From positions 192,001 to 256,000 of the forward strand of contig CAWHCF010000049.1 of the NCBI GenBank assembly GCA_963827655.1: 64,000 bases of DNA, written 5' to 3'. Position 1 is the first letter of the stretch. Every line of letters begins with the position of its first letter. The position numbers and the translations under genes were made by a program. The notes beneath the pieces were generated by a model. It worked only from the letters and a program-made list of their open reading frames with translations, did no database searches and had not been told where the DNA came from. Of the stretch, positions 39,668 to 51,204 are shown one piece after another. Source of the stretch: an uncultured Acidobacteriota bacterium (lineage in GTDB: Bacteria; Acidobacteriota; UBA6911).

Positions 39668-39837
39668 GGGAGACTGGTATAATGTAGGCTTTCCCGACCG
39701 AAAGCAACGCTCGGTTGGTTAGCATTTCTTCTAATCTTCGCATGCTAGGTCGTAATGCTTGCTTTTTTGGCAAAATTCTTGGTGTTTCTTCGTGTCTTTG
39801 AGGCTTGGTGGTATTTGTAACATGAGGAGGAAGAGCA

Positions 39838-40842
39838 ATGGCGAAAGCATGGTCTAAAAATCGGCGCGAATTCGTTGTGTTCGTTTCGGCGCTTCTTATC
39901 GCCGGGACGGGCCTGGCGCAGGCTCCAGCGAAGAACTATTCGTTCACGCCGGTTCTTCATTCGGTTAGTTATGCAGGGGTATGGAGAGGGCAGGCCCAGT
40001 TGAATGTCGATCAGTTCCTCCTCAAGGCGAAGGAGCTGGGATTTTCTCACATTGAGCTGATGGCGAAGCGGCCCCACGTTTCCCCGTTGGATTACGATGC
40101 CGAGGGGCGCAAGAAGCTCAAAGCCCGGATACAGGAGTTGGGTTTGAAGCTCGTGTGTCTGGCGGGATATCCCGACTTCACCGCCAGCGTGGACAAGCCG
40201 GGCATTCCGAGCGCAGAGATGAGCGCCGTTTACGTGGGAGAGCTGGCGCGCCTGGCTCGCGACCTCGATGTTCCCATGGTTCGGGTTTTTACCGGATACG
40301 AACGGGCCGGGATACCATTCGATACCCAGTGGGGGATTGTGGTCCAGGGACTCAAGTTGGCCTCGCGCAAGGCGGCCGAGTACGGGGTGACGCTGGCGGT
40401 CCAGAATCATCATGACATCGCCATTCATCCCGAGGCTAACCACTGGCTGATCCGCGAAGTCAACGAACCGAATTGCAAGGCAGCTTTTGACGCCTGGTCG
40501 CCCGCGCTCCAGGGAATCAATGGGAAGGAGCTAGCCGAGGCCGCCTGCAAGATGGTGCCCATGATGGTCTACACCACCGTGGCCGACTACGTGAAGCATC
40601 CGCGCGCCCGATTCGATTCGACCCTGACCAATTACATAAAGCAGGAAGATCTCATCCGCGCCGTGCCTTTCGGAACCGGCTTTATCGACTATAAAGGCTT
40701 CTTCCAGGCTCTCAAGGACTCCGGCTACAAGGGATATGTCGCCTACGAAATGTGTGAGGTTTTGGACGGGGGCGGTTCCATCGAGAACCTGGACAAGACC
40801 GCGCGCCAGTTCCTCGAGTATTTCCGAGACATCGCAAAGTAG
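39838..40842 (+). CDS. Sugar phosphate isomerase/epimerase (xylose-isomerase-like TIM barrel), probably exported
   Basis: NRREF leader, LAVQNHH, GTGFIDY and GYKGYVAYE. Confidence 0.85.
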   Translation: MAKAWSKNRREFVVFVSALLIAGTGLAQAPAKNYSFTPVLHSVSYAGVWRGQAQLNVDQFLLKAKELGFSHIELMAKRPHVSPLDYDAEGRKKLKARIQELGLKLVCLAGYPDFTASVDKPGIPSAEMSAVYVGELARLARDLDVPMVRVFTGYERAGIPFDTQWGIVVQGLKLASRKAAEYGVTLAVQNHHDIAIHPEANHWLIREVNEPNCKAAFDAWSPALQGINGKELAEAACKMVPMMVYTTVADYVKHPRARFDSTLTNYIKQEDLIRAVPFGTGFIDYKGFFQALKDSGYKGYVAYEMCEVLDGGGSIENLDKTARQFLEYFRDIAK

Positions 40843-40948
40843 CAGTGAATGTTCTCCGAAGGCCTCACGAGCGACACCGTGATTACCGATCGCGCAAGTA
40901 ATTTCTGCGAAGCGAAGCACGAGACTCGAAGGCGCTAAGCCGGGACGC

Positions 40949-41800
40949 TCAGGAATAGTATTTCTCCACTTTGACATCAACATCGGGCTTGAACCCGCGC
41001 TGTGAGAGGATTTGGACGGTATTGTCGATGGTGCCGGGATGCCCGCATATGTAGACGACGTGGGTTGCCGGGCTCAGCCGATCGCGCACCCATTCCCTCA
41101 TCGCGTTTTCCAAAGGGTTCGGCGTCATGTCGCCAGGTGAATCCTCAAAGAGGGATTCAGCGCGGCCGCGGAGTCCTGTCCACGAAGGATCCAGGTGCGG
41201 CCGGCTTATGGTGGGGCAGTAAAAAAACCCTAGTTTGCGCGCGGGATTCTTTTGAGTCTCCAGATGTAACGCTTCCAACTCGCCACGATAGCCGAGATTT
41301 CGCGAGTAGCTTACGCCGTGAATGATACGGACCGCGCGTGAGCGGAAATTCTCGGGAGCCGCCAGATAATCTTCGTTCAATTTGCGCGTCATGCTGATGA
41401 AAGGAGCCAGCCCCGTTCCTGAGGCTACGAAGATCAGGTCCCGAGGATCGTTGAGGTCGAGGACGAACCGTCCCTTCGGGCCGGTGATAGCCAGGCTGGC
41501 ATCCTCGCGCCCGCTCTTGAGGGAGTGCATCACTTCGGGGTCCCAGAGGGATGGAGTCAGACGGCCGTTTTCCACCAGGTTGATATAGAACTCGAGGATC
41601 CGGGTTTCCGACGGAGAAGAGGCGATGGAGTAAGGGCGCGGTATCGTTTCGCCGTTATGAGTCAGCCAGAGGGTGGCATACTGTCCCGGCTGGAAAAAGA
41701 ACTCGCGCTGAAGAGCAAACCTGAAAATCGAAAGCCCAGTAGCCAGATCGATCCGCGTATCAAGCTCCGCTCGTATTCCGGCAGCTTTGGCTCCAGGCAT
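40949..41800 (-). CDS. Ferredoxin-NADP+ reductase family protein
   Basis: FQPGQY, RPYSIAS, GRLTP, SGTGLAPF, YICGHP and EKY. Confidence 0.88.
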   Translation of the reverse strand: MPGAKAAGIRAELDTRIDLATGLSIFRFALQREFFFQPGQYATLWLTHNGETIPRPYSIASSPSETRILEFYINLVENGRLTPSLWDPEVMHSLKSGREDASLAITGPKGRFVLDLNDPRDLIFVASGTGLAPFISMTRKLNEDYLAAPENFRSRAVRIIHGVSYSRNLGYRGELEALHLETQKNPARKLGFFYCPTISRPHLDPSWTGLRGRAESLFEDSPGDMTPNPLENAMREWVRDRLSPATHVVYICGHPGTIDNTVQILSQRGFKPDVDVKVEKYYS

Positions 41801-41939
41801 TTTATCACCTGCTTGCCTCGAAGGGCGCGAAGACGCTCAGAGCCCCGAACATTCTGGATTGGCGTCTTCAAGTCTTGCGGTGCGTGCAAGAAAGGGACTG
41901 ACGAGTGATGCGATATTGCCGCGAAGAAGATTCGCGGGC

Positions 41940-42969
41940 TTACGGAGACGTGCGCTCGGCGGACCAAGCTCCGCTTTCCGCTCCGCTGGCAGACGACCAC
42001 TTGCCTGCCAGTTTCCCGTTCGCAAGACTTGCTTCGATGCGATAGGATCCCCCGCCGTACTCGATCTCGAGAGTGAGCACGTTGTTAGCGAACGCAGCCT
42101 TCTTTACGGGTATGTTCCCCTCTGGAGTGACGATGTTCCCCGAGATCATGTCGCCCGATTGTTTCAAGACCAGCTGAAACGGCCGGGTGCCATCGGGTGT
42201 CACCGCCACAGCGTTCCAGGTGCCCTGCAAAGGAAGGGAACCGAAGGCTGCGACGGAGGGTGCGGCGGGTGCGACGGAGGGTGCGGCGGCCTTCCGGGTT
42301 GCGCTCCAGGGGCCACCATCGTTCGTTCCAACATTGACCCAACGGCCGGAGAATTTATCGTCTTTCAGGACCGCGCTGGTCCGATAAATAGTTCCATTCA
42401 TGTCTATGTCGAATTGCAGCGTGTCACCTTTGAAGGTCGCGGCCTGAATCGGCAAGGCTCCCAGTTCGGAGCTGACGGTTCCAGTGAGCTTTTCACCGTC
42501 CTGCTTCAGATCGAGCGAGAGCAAAAGCTCGCCCTGGGATGTAACGGCAACGCTGCTCCAGACGCCTGAGATGCCGCCCGCGGCGGCCGTGGTTGCTGTC
42601 GGTCCTTTTGCGCTCCGCAGTCCACGTTCCCTGCACCTCGGTTCCGACCTGTTCCCATTTCCCTGAGAACCTGCCCTCCTTCAACAATCCGGTTAGCTTG
42701 AAGTTCGTTCCTGCGAAGTTCATCTCGAGCGACAGGTTGGGGTCTTCGAATTTAAGACCACTCAGCGGGAAGCTGCCCTGGAAAGCGGCCGCAGAACCCA
42801 GCAGCTGGTTGCCCTCCATCTTTAGTTCGAATTCCATCTCTAAAGGACCATGCGGGGTTTGAGCTTTAGCGACCCACTTGCCCAGAATGTCTTCGACTCC
42901 ACCGACACCTGGCCTGGCGGCAAAAAAAAGCATGAGCGCCAGAACGGCTAGATTTCGATTCATCGACAT
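41940..42969 (-). CDS. Secreted protein with three tandem beta-rich domains (frameshift near 42607)
   Basis: Signal peptide and three repeats of GxW...TPxG...GKW...WxAxR. The two ORFs join if one A is removed from a homopolymer. Confidence 0.7.
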
Positions 42970-43142
42970 ATGTTTTCCCCTTCCAGAACAAGAGCGGCTG
43001 TCTCCAGGCCAGAGGCAGCGGCTCAACCGGCCAAATGAGGATTGGTCTTGGATCGACAGCGCATCAATTCTGCCACAGCGAAAGAATCAATTCCACAATC
43101 AGGATCTAGGATGCTAGAAATCAGGCTGCTAGAAAGTTCGAC

Positions 43143-43840
43143 TCAGATTCCGGATCCTGAATCCTGATCCAGAATCGAGCGGGCTCGTTCGAAGATGCCG
43201 TGGAACATCGGTCGCGTAAGCCGGCCGGTTTGCGTATTCTGCTGGCTTGGATGATAAGAACAAGATCAAGGTCAGGCGGCTGGAAAGTTCCCATTCCCCG
43301 CCGTGGCGAAACGCCATGCGTTCGACTGGACGGGAGCCACCGGTCTCGCTCCAGGCTTTCAAGAACGCCTGGAGCGCAATCTGTCCCAGAACCGCAATCA
43401 CCCTCTTTTTCTCCGTCAATTGCAATTCATGTCGAAGATAACGCCGGCAGTTGTCCAGCTCGGGCGGCAACGGTTTATTGTCCGGCGGCGCACACCGCAC
43501 CGCTGCCGTAATCAGGCAGTCAAGCAACGCCAATCCATCGTTTTTGTGAAGCGAGGACGGTTGGGTGGCGAATCCGAATCGATAGAGTGCTTCGTAGAGC
43601 CAGTCGCCGCTGCGATCTCCCGTGAACATTCGTCCGGTTCTGTTGCCGCCGTGCGCAGCCGGGGCCAATCCAATGATAATCAGCGACGCGTCGGGGTCTC
43701 CGAATGACGGCAGCGGGCCGCCCCCAGTACTCTTGCGTTTGAAAACGCGGGGCCTTCTGGCGTGCAATCCGTTCACGCCACTCGACCAGGCGGGGACAAA
43801 GGCGGCACTGGATGATTTCCTGCTGCAGGTTCGCGAACAT
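43143..43840 (-). CDS. Uracil-DNA glycosylase family 5 (UdgB-like), two frameshifts
   Basis: [43 protein letters not shown] and [12 protein letters not shown] across three frame segments. Confidence 0.88.
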
Positions 43841-44040
43841 CTTGAAGGACGATTCCAACTCGGGACCTGTCGTTTTGAAAGATTGGCACACACGTTGTTG
43901 CCGGGTGTATCATACTTCAGATCAAGCTTTAGAACCCTCGGGGAGGATGCAAGGGCAACCCAGGCTGCCTGATAATCTTCCCGTGAGCCCCCCCTCGACT
44001 CCTCCCCAGGACTTCCGGTCGGGTGTTGAACGGAGGAGTT

Positions 44041-45138
44041 ATGAAGAAAACAGTTACCGCAAATAAATTCCGGTTTGATTTCCGCATCTTTTCCATCTTG
44101 ATGCTACTCGCCGTAGTTCCGCTCTTGATAGGGAGCTGGTTGCTCTTTCGAAGCTATAAGGCGGCCTACCTGGACATGGTGGGCGCCCACCTCGGTGAGT
44201 CGGCTGAAATGGCTTTCGGCTTAATCGACAATTACCTGCAGCATCAGATTATCGCAGTCGCCGGCCTGACCGAGGTCCCTACCCTGCGAGACGCTGTCCG
44301 GACGGGCAACGAGGATCTGCGGAGGAACCTTGAAGAGGTGCGCAAGGCAATCCCGGCCATGGAGTCTTCGTGGAGCAGACTGGACAGGAAGTCCGCGCAG
44401 ATGAGATCGATTCTGGACAACACGGCCTCAGATTTCCTGAGACGGTACATCTCGATCGAGAAGACCTATCGCGAGATCATGGTGACTGATTTTCTGGGAC
44501 GGCTGGTGGCTGCGACTGGAAAGACCTCAGACTATTACCAGGCCGACGAAGACTGGTGGAAGGAGACTTACGGGGATGGGCGCCGCGGCTCCGTCTATAT
44601 CGGCGATGTCAAGTATGACGAGAGTGCCAAGGCCTGGTCGATGGAACTGGCACAACCCTTCGTTGAACCGGAAGACGGAGTCATCGGCGTAATCAAGGTG
44701 GTGCTGGACGCGCAGGATATCCACAGGCTCATCGGATCCATGCGAGGGGGCCCTTCGACTACTGCCGCACTAATACGCGCCAAGGGAGATGTTATCTCGG
44801 CCCCGGGTTTTGGTCTTATGGATAAGACGTATCCCGAGACGCTGGACATTCTCAACGCGCGCGAAAAAGGAAAGCGGTACATGATTACGACGTCGTCTCC
44901 ATCCCTCATGCTTGGATTGACTCCGAAGAACTTTCAGGACGTTTATCCCCACTTGAACTGGATCGTTGTGACCACGGGTTCGGTGAACGACCTGTTGGGC
45001 CCGTTCCCTCAGCACAGCCGCTATTTTGTCGCTCTGGTAGTAGCAATCCTGCTCTTGAGCCTGGTAGCGACGCTGGTTCTTTCTCGAGTGGAGTCTCGAC
45101 CTGCCCTCGAGCAAGACCCTCATCTGGAGGCGCTCTGA
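44041..45138 (+). CDS. Membrane protein with an extracytoplasmic Cache/PDC-like sensor and no output domain
   Basis: TM helix, then YREIMVTD..G.LVAAT.KTSDYYQADEDWW...YDES, then a second TM helix and an 18-aa tail. Confidence 0.75.
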   Translation: MKKTVTANKFRFDFRIFSILMLLAVVPLLIGSWLLFRSYKAAYLDMVGAHLGESAEMAFGLIDNYLQHQIIAVAGLTEVPTLRDAVRTGNEDLRRNLEEVRKAIPAMESSWSRLDRKSAQMRSILDNTASDFLRRYISIEKTYREIMVTDFLGRLVAATGKTSDYYQADEDWWKETYGDGRRGSVYIGDVKYDESAKAWSMELAQPFVEPEDGVIGVIKVVLDAQDIHRLIGSMRGGPSTTAALIRAKGDVISAPGFGLMDKTYPETLDILNAREKGKRYMITTSSPSLMLGLTPKNFQDVYPHLNWIVVTTGSVNDLLGPFPQHSRYFVALVVAILLLSLVATLVLSRVESRPALEQDPHLEAL

Positions 45139-45234
45139 CGAGTGGGCGGATTGCGGATTTCCGCTTGGGGCCGCTCGAGCCGATGTCAAGTCACGCGATC
45201 GGCCAAAGCCGATCTCGAAACTCACGAGGACCGC

Positions 45235-45417
45235 GTGAAAATAAACATAGTCTCGCAGAATCCGGCGGTGATCCAATTGGTGCTGTCGGGAGAGGAAATC
45301 AACTACCTGCGGTTGGCCCTGGAACGCGCCACGTTCCAGGATACGCCGCCGCAGCATCAGCGGGCGATCTATAACTTCGCGGAGGATCTGCTGCGCGCGC
45401 TGGAAAAAACCTCCTAG
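45235..45417 (+). CDS. Small hypothetical protein, 60 aa
   Basis: GAGGA RBS with GTG start and protein-like composition. Confidence 0.55.
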   Translation: MKINIVSQNPAVIQLVLSGEEINYLRLALERATFQDTPPQHQRAIYNFAEDLLRALEKTS

Positions 45418-45574
45418 GATTACGGATTTCGGATTCGATTGACGTTGCCGAGATGAAGCAAAGGCCTCGTCAGCCGACCTTCTACGGCGACGTCCCAACA
45501 TGAATGACAAATGAGAAATGACCAATGACTGGTTGGGTCATTGATCGGTCATTTCTCATTTCATTCATTTCTTG

Positions 45575-46333
45575 TTAGGTCGCAGTGTATCCTCCGTCGA
45601 CCATGAGATGCGTGGCCGTGATGAAGGAGGCCTCGTCGGAAGCCAGGAACAGAATGGCATAAGCGACCTCGCGCGGTTGTCCGATGCGATTGAGCAAGTG
45701 CAACGGGGCGTTCTTGGCGACGAATTCTGCTTCAGACATGCCGGTCTTCGCCAGGTGTCTCTCGGTTGCCGAAGTACGAATGGTACCGGGACAGACGCAA
45801 TTGACTCGGATGTTGTAGGGTGCGAGGTCCATCGCCATGCACCGGGTCATATTTACCAGGGCTGCCTTCGTCGCGCTGTAGGTCAGGAAGCCGGGCTGAG
45901 CGATGAAGCTCGAGATGGATCCGAGGTTAACTATCGAACCCCCTTGGTTCCGCTTCATAATCTTGGAGACATGACGGGCGCAGAGCGCGGTCCCGATCAG
46001 GTTGACGTCGATGACCTGATGCCAGTCGTGGGGCGACGCCTCGAGACCCTTGAGCACAAAAACGGCCGCGTTGTTTACCAGAATATCCACCCTGCCGTAG
46101 GTTTGATCTGTCAGTTCGATCGCCTGCCGGACTTCTTTTTCTTTTGAGATGTCGGCCTGTATGAAAAGTGCCGAGCGCGAGTTTTCGCCAATTTGACGCG
46201 CCCGCTCGGCTCCCCCCGGATCCTTGTCCACCAGGACTACGCTGGCGCCTTCTTCCGCGAACAACTCGGCGGTAGCCCGGCCGATGCCGGCTGCGGCTCC
46301 CGTTATGATTGCGACCTTGTCTCTTAACCGCAT
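45575..46333 (-). CDS. Short-chain dehydrogenase/reductase
   Basis: TGAAAGIG, NNAA, YSATK and CPG. Confidence 0.93.
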   Translation of the reverse strand: MRLRDKVAIITGAAAGIGRATAELFAEEGASVVLVDKDPGGAERARQIGENSRSALFIQADISKEKEVRQAIELTDQTYGRVDILVNNAAVFVLKGLEASPHDWHQVIDVNLIGTALCARHVSKIMKRNQGGSIVNLGSISSFIAQPGFLTYSATKAALVNMTRCMAMDLAPYNIRVNCVCPGTIRTSATERHLAKTGMSEAEFVAKNAPLHLLNRIGQPREVAYAILFLASDEASFITATHLMVDGGYTAT

Positions 46334-46477
46334 ATCGCTACCTCCGGGTGACGGGCTCGACTTCATCCGGTTCCGGGGAGTCCGGCTGAACCGGAAAAGC
46401 GGTACCTGTCACCGAAATCCTGTCAGTGTACAATAAGGCTTTCATAGGGCTTATCATCCACTGACGAGGAATATTTC

Positions 46478-48112
46478 ATGAAGGTTGCTTTGGCTCAGAT
46501 TAATACGACGGTGGGCGACATTCGCGGTAACCGTGACCGGGTGATGAGGGAGCTGGATAAAGCGGAGGGGATGGGTGCGGACCTGGCGGTTTTCCCGGAA
46601 TTGTGCCTGACCGGTTACCCGCCGCGGGACATCCTGGGAATTCATGGATTTGTCAACGCCAACATCCGAGCCTTGAATGAAATCGCAACCCGTGTCGGAC
46701 GAGTCGCCGCTGTGATTGGCTTTGTCGATCGGAACCATCAAGACGGAGGACGAGAATTCTACAACGCGGCTGCATTCCTTTGTGATGGAAAAGTCCAGTC
46801 GATCATTCACAAAACCCTGTTGCCCACCTACGATGTGTTCGATGAGGATCGCTACTTTGAAAGGGGGGATGAAACGATTATTGTCCCTTTTCGCGGGCGA
46901 AAACTCGGCATATCAATCTGCGAGGATTCCTGGAACGCAGGAGACTTTTGGCCCAAACCACTGTATCGCACCGACCCCATTCGCAATCAGGTTGAAAAAG
47001 GCGCCGACCTGCTTATCAACATATCCGCGTCGCCCTTTGAGATGAATAAGCCACGGTTCCGATATCGCATGCTTCTTAACCATGTCCGGAAGCACCGTGT
47101 TCCGCTTCTCTACCTTAATCTGGTGGGAGGGAACGACGATCTCGTCTTCGACGGAAACAGCCTGGCGCTTGGAAAAGAGGGGAGTGTCATTGCTCAGGGG
47201 AGGAGTTTCGCCGAGCAGCTCCTGGTCGTGGACCCGGACGCCGGTAAGGGACTGGGTTATCGAGAGGGCGACGAAATGGAGAATCTCCTTCACGCCCTCG
47301 TCCTGGGAACGCGGGACTATGCGCGGAAGTGCGGTTTCAGGTCGGCGGTTCTTGGTTTAAGCGGCGGAATCGATTCTGCGGTTACCGCCTGCATTGCCAC
47401 CGAGGCTTTCGGCCCGGAGAATGTCATCGGCGTTTCCATGCCCTCGGTCTATTCGGCGGAAGAGAGCTACAACGACGCCCGCACCCTGGCCATGAATCTC
47501 AGGATCTCGTTTCAGGTAGTACCAATCCAAGCTGTGTTCGAGCAATACCGGAACGAGCTGTCCCATGCCTTTTCGGGTCTTCCAGAGGACGAGACCGAGG
47601 AGAATCTCCAGGCTCGGATTCGAGGCAACATCCTGATGGCGCTATCGAACAAAATGGGACACCTGGTGCTCAGCACCGGGAACAAATCCGAGCTGGGAGT
47701 TGGCTACTGTACCCTTTATGGAGATATGGCCGGGGGGCTGGCTGTTATTTCCGACGTGCCCAAGACTACGGTGTACCGGCTGGCCCGCCATATCAACCGG
47801 GTTAGCGAGGTCATTCCGGAGAACACGATTCGCAGGGCGCCGAGCGCCGAGCTGCGCCCGAACCAGAAAGACCAGGACAGCCTGCCCGAATACGATATCC
47901 TGGACGACATTCTTCGGCTTGCGGTTGAGGAGCAGTTGAGCGTGGATCACATCGCCGCCCGGGGGTACGAGAAGAGGATTGTTGAGGAGGTCGTGCGTAT
48001 GATTCACAAGAGTGAATACAAGAGGCGCCAGGCGGCTCCGGGCCTGAAGGTGACGATCCGGGCCTTCGGAACCGGGCGGCGCATGCCCATTGCAATGCGG
48101 TTGAATTTTTGA
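46478..48112 (+). CDS. nadE: Glutamine-dependent NAD+ synthetase
   Basis: Nitrilase domain (FPEL, ICED), plus SGGIDS, ENLQARIRG, GNKSE and EYKRRQ. Confidence 0.96.
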   Translation: MKVALAQINTTVGDIRGNRDRVMRELDKAEGMGADLAVFPELCLTGYPPRDILGIHGFVNANIRALNEIATRVGRVAAVIGFVDRNHQDGGREFYNAAAFLCDGKVQSIIHKTLLPTYDVFDEDRYFERGDETIIVPFRGRKLGISICEDSWNAGDFWPKPLYRTDPIRNQVEKGADLLINISASPFEMNKPRFRYRMLLNHVRKHRVPLLYLNLVGGNDDLVFDGNSLALGKEGSVIAQGRSFAEQLLVVDPDAGKGLGYREGDEMENLLHALVLGTRDYARKCGFRSAVLGLSGGIDSAVTACIATEAFGPENVIGVSMPSVYSAEESYNDARTLAMNLRISFQVVPIQAVFEQYRNELSHAFSGLPEDETEENLQARIRGNILMALSNKMGHLVLSTGNKSELGVGYCTLYGDMAGGLAVISDVPKTTVYRLARHINRVSEVIPENTIRRAPSAELRPNQKDQDSLPEYDILDDILRLAVEEQLSVDHIAARGYEKRIVEEVVRMIHKSEYKRRQAAPGLKVTIRAFGTGRRMPIAMRLNF

Positions 48113-48202
48113 GCTGCGGCGGAGAGAGTCTTTCAAAGTTCTCTTGGCGTCCTCGCGCCTTCGTGATTGCTTATGGTGGACCCGGCCGTCAGAAAGAAAA
48201 CC

Positions 48203-49654
48203 ATGTTCACCGACGCGCTGCTCACGGATCTTTACCAGCTCACGATGGCAGCCGGCTATTTGAATCGAGGGAAATGGGCGGAGCCGGCGACATTCGATCT
48301 CTACTATCGTCACAATCCCTTCCGAGGAGGTTATGCGATCGCCGCCGGTCTGGAAAGCGCGGTCCAGGCGGTGATGAGCGTCCGGTTCGGCGCAGAGGAT
48401 GTCGCTTTCTTGCGTTCGCTGCGCGCCTCTTCGGGCGGGCCCGTGTTCGCCGCGGAGTTTCTCGAATTCTTGTCCGGATTCCGATTCGGCGGGAACATTC
48501 GAGCTATCCCCGAAGGAACCGTCGTGTTCCCGAACGAACCGCTGGTGCAGGTGAGCGGGAGGCTGATCGAATGCCAGATGGTGGAGACGATTCTGTTGTG
48601 CCACATCAATTATCAAACGCTGGTCGCTACTAAAGCGGCGCGGCTGTGGGAAGCCTCCAACCACGGCATCGTGATCGAGTTCGGGCTGCGGCGCGCGCAA
48701 GGACCCGACGGAGCGCTGAGCGCATGCCGGGCCTCTTTTATCGGAGGGGCTGAAGGCACGTCGAATGTCCTCGGCTCAGCTTCTTTCGGCATGCCGGTGC
48801 GCGGCACCCATGCGCACAGTTGGGTTCAGGCGTTTCCGTCGGAGCTTGACGCATTCCGCTCCTACGCGCGCGTGTTCCCGAACGACTGCGTTCTTCTGGT
48901 CGACACGTATGATGCGCTGAGCAGCGGCGTTCCCAATGCAATAACCGTCGGGAAAGAACTCGAGCAGCACGGACACCGGCTTTCCGGAATCCGGATCGAC
49001 AGCGGCGATCTGGCTTTTCTCAGCCGGGCCGCGAGACAGATGCTGGATCAGGCTGGTCTTTCCTACGTCAAGATCATCGCCTCGAATGACCTGGATGAAT
49101 ATCTTATTGCGGACATTCTGGCGCAGGGCGGGAAAATCGACATATGGGGGGTCGGAACGAGCCTGGTCACCGCGGGGGGCGAGGGAGGGGCCGCTCTCGG
49201 CGGCGTTTACAAACTGGTCGAGCACAATGGCCTGCCGAAGATCAAGCTCAGCAGCAACCCCGAAAAAACGACCAATCCGGGCGCGAAGAAAGTAATCCGC
49301 TTCTACGATGACATCGGAATGATCGAGGCGGATGCGCTGGCCCAGCAGTCGGAAGCCATCGATCAAAACGAAGTCCTGATCGTCGATCCGATTAATCCGC
49401 TTCGCCGCAAGAAGATCCACTCACGCCGGCGCTGCGAATTGTTGCGCGACGTCGTTGCGGAAGGCAGGATCGTCTACCAGTTTCCGTCGCTGGAGGCTGT
49501 CAGAGCACGGCGCCGGGATCAGCTGCTGCATCTGCACGAGAGTTATCGGCGGCTCCGTAACGCTCACGAGTACAAGGTGGGACTGACCTATGCGCTCTGG
49601 CGGCAAAAGGAACAGATGCTGAGCAAATTCGGGATGGCTCCTGATGGAGCGTAA
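48203..49654 (+). CDS. pncB: Nicotinate phosphoribosyltransferase
   Basis: LLTDLYQLTM, EFGLRRAQG, GTHAHSW, LVDTYD and RIDSGDL. The start could be 48173. Confidence 0.95.
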   Translation: MFTDALLTDLYQLTMAAGYLNRGKWAEPATFDLYYRHNPFRGGYAIAAGLESAVQAVMSVRFGAEDVAFLRSLRASSGGPVFAAEFLEFLSGFRFGGNIRAIPEGTVVFPNEPLVQVSGRLIECQMVETILLCHINYQTLVATKAARLWEASNHGIVIEFGLRRAQGPDGALSACRASFIGGAEGTSNVLGSASFGMPVRGTHAHSWVQAFPSELDAFRSYARVFPNDCVLLVDTYDALSSGVPNAITVGKELEQHGHRLSGIRIDSGDLAFLSRAARQMLDQAGLSYVKIIASNDLDEYLIADILAQGGKIDIWGVGTSLVTAGGEGGAALGGVYKLVEHNGLPKIKLSSNPEKTTNPGAKKVIRFYDDIGMIEADALAQQSEAIDQNEVLIVDPINPLRRKKIHSRRRCELLRDVVAEGRIVYQFPSLEAVRARRRDQLLHLHESYRRLRNAHEYKVGLTYALWRQKEQMLSKFGMAPDGA

Positions 49655-49845
49655 CAGCGCGCCTTTGGTGCGCGAAGCTTGCTTGCGCTGTGTGCGCGGC
49701 AGCTTGCGCCGCTTATCCAGGCAATTTTTCAGCGTCCGTCGTCAGGATGGCGATGCAAGTGCCGATTAAGACGGCAGGTCGCACAAATGCCGATTGAAAT
49801 TCTTGCCTCAACAGGACTATGGTTGGCTGACTGGAGGAGTCTGAT

Positions 49846-51204
49846 ATGAAACGAAGAAGCCGCCGTCAATTCCTGAAGGAATCGGTTGCCGCCGGCGCCG
49901 TCGCGGGAGCTTCCATGACCGACGGTGAAGTGCGTTTGCCGGAAGTGCTTCGCCCCAGGCCAGGGTCATAGGCGCGAATGATCGCATTCGGGTCGGGCTG
50001 ATCGGATGTGGGGGAAGGGGCCGAAGCGATTTTGAGGGATTTCTTACAGGTCAAGAGCATCGAATGCGTTGCGCTGTGCGATGTCGATGATGCCCAGAGT
50101 GCCGAGGCGGGGAAGCTTACTCAGCAGGCCTCGCAAAAACCGGCGCTGATCACTCGCGATTTTCGGAGAGTCATCGAGCAAAAGGATATTGACGCAGTGA
50201 TTGTCGCGACTCCGGATCACTGGCACGCAATTCCCACCATCATGGCGTGCCAGGCGGGGAAGGATGTCTATGTCGAAAAACCCCTGTCGGTCTGCATTGC
50301 GGAAGGTCGCGCCATGGTCGAGGCCGCGCGCAAGCACGATCGCGTCGTCCAGATGGGAACCCAGCAGCGCAGCGCTCCTCACTACACCGACGCCGTCGAA
50401 TTCGTAAAGAGCGGACAATTGGGAAAGATTCGACTGGTGCGGACCTGGGCCTATCTCGATTGGAAGGGCGAACTCCCTCCGGTTGCAGATGCCGAACCCC
50501 CTTCCACCGTTGATTACGACCTCTGGTTGGGCCCGGCCCGCAAGCGCCCGTTCAACAAGAACCGTTTCCATTTCACTTTCCGGTGGTACTGGGATTACTC
50601 GGGCGGTCTGATGACGGACTGGGGAGCTCACATGATTGATATCGCCAATTGGGCGATGGGCATAAAAGCTCCCAACTCGGCTGTTTCAGTAGGCGGGAAG
50701 TTCGGCTATCCCAATGACGCCATGGAGACGCCCGATACCCAGCAGGTCATCTGGGCGTTTCCTGAATTCACCATGATCTGGGAACATATGCTCGGGGCGG
50801 GACGAGGCCCTGAAGCGCGCGAGCATGGTGTTGCGTTCCACGGAAACAGCGGGGTGCTCGTGGTCGATCGCGCAGGCTGGGAGGTCTATCCTGAAACCGA
50901 CAGGATCGATAAGCCCCGCATGAACAAGTTTCCTGGTGTTCCGCGCCGCGCCGCAGGAAATCAGAACTATAATCTGACTCACATCCAGAATTTCATCGAC
51001 TGCATGCGCTCGCGCAAGCGCCCGAACTCCGACGTCGAGATCGGACACAACTCGATGATCGCCTGTCACCTGGGGAATATGTCGCAGCGCTTGGGGCGGC
51101 AGATCAAATGGGATGTCGAGCGCGAAAAGGTAATTGGCGATCCCGAGGCGCAAGCCCAGGTCTCGCGCGAGTACCGCGCTCCCTGGAAACTCGCCACAAC
51201 CTAG
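49846..51204 (+). CDS. Tat-exported Gfo/Idh/MocA oxidoreductase (frameshifts near 49925 and 50031)
   Basis: GGAGGAG RBS and MKRRSRRQFL; GANDRIRVGLIGCGGRG lies in an intermediate frame; then TPDHWH and YVEKP. Confidence 0.88.

Noticed and set aside
43884-43899. Sigma54 promoter TGGCAC-ACACG-TTGTT upstream of the Cache-like gene
   Set aside because: The -12 element is GT rather than GC and no enhancer palindrome is nearby. Near-matches at 33121 and 33168 were left uncalled because their -12 elements also deviate.
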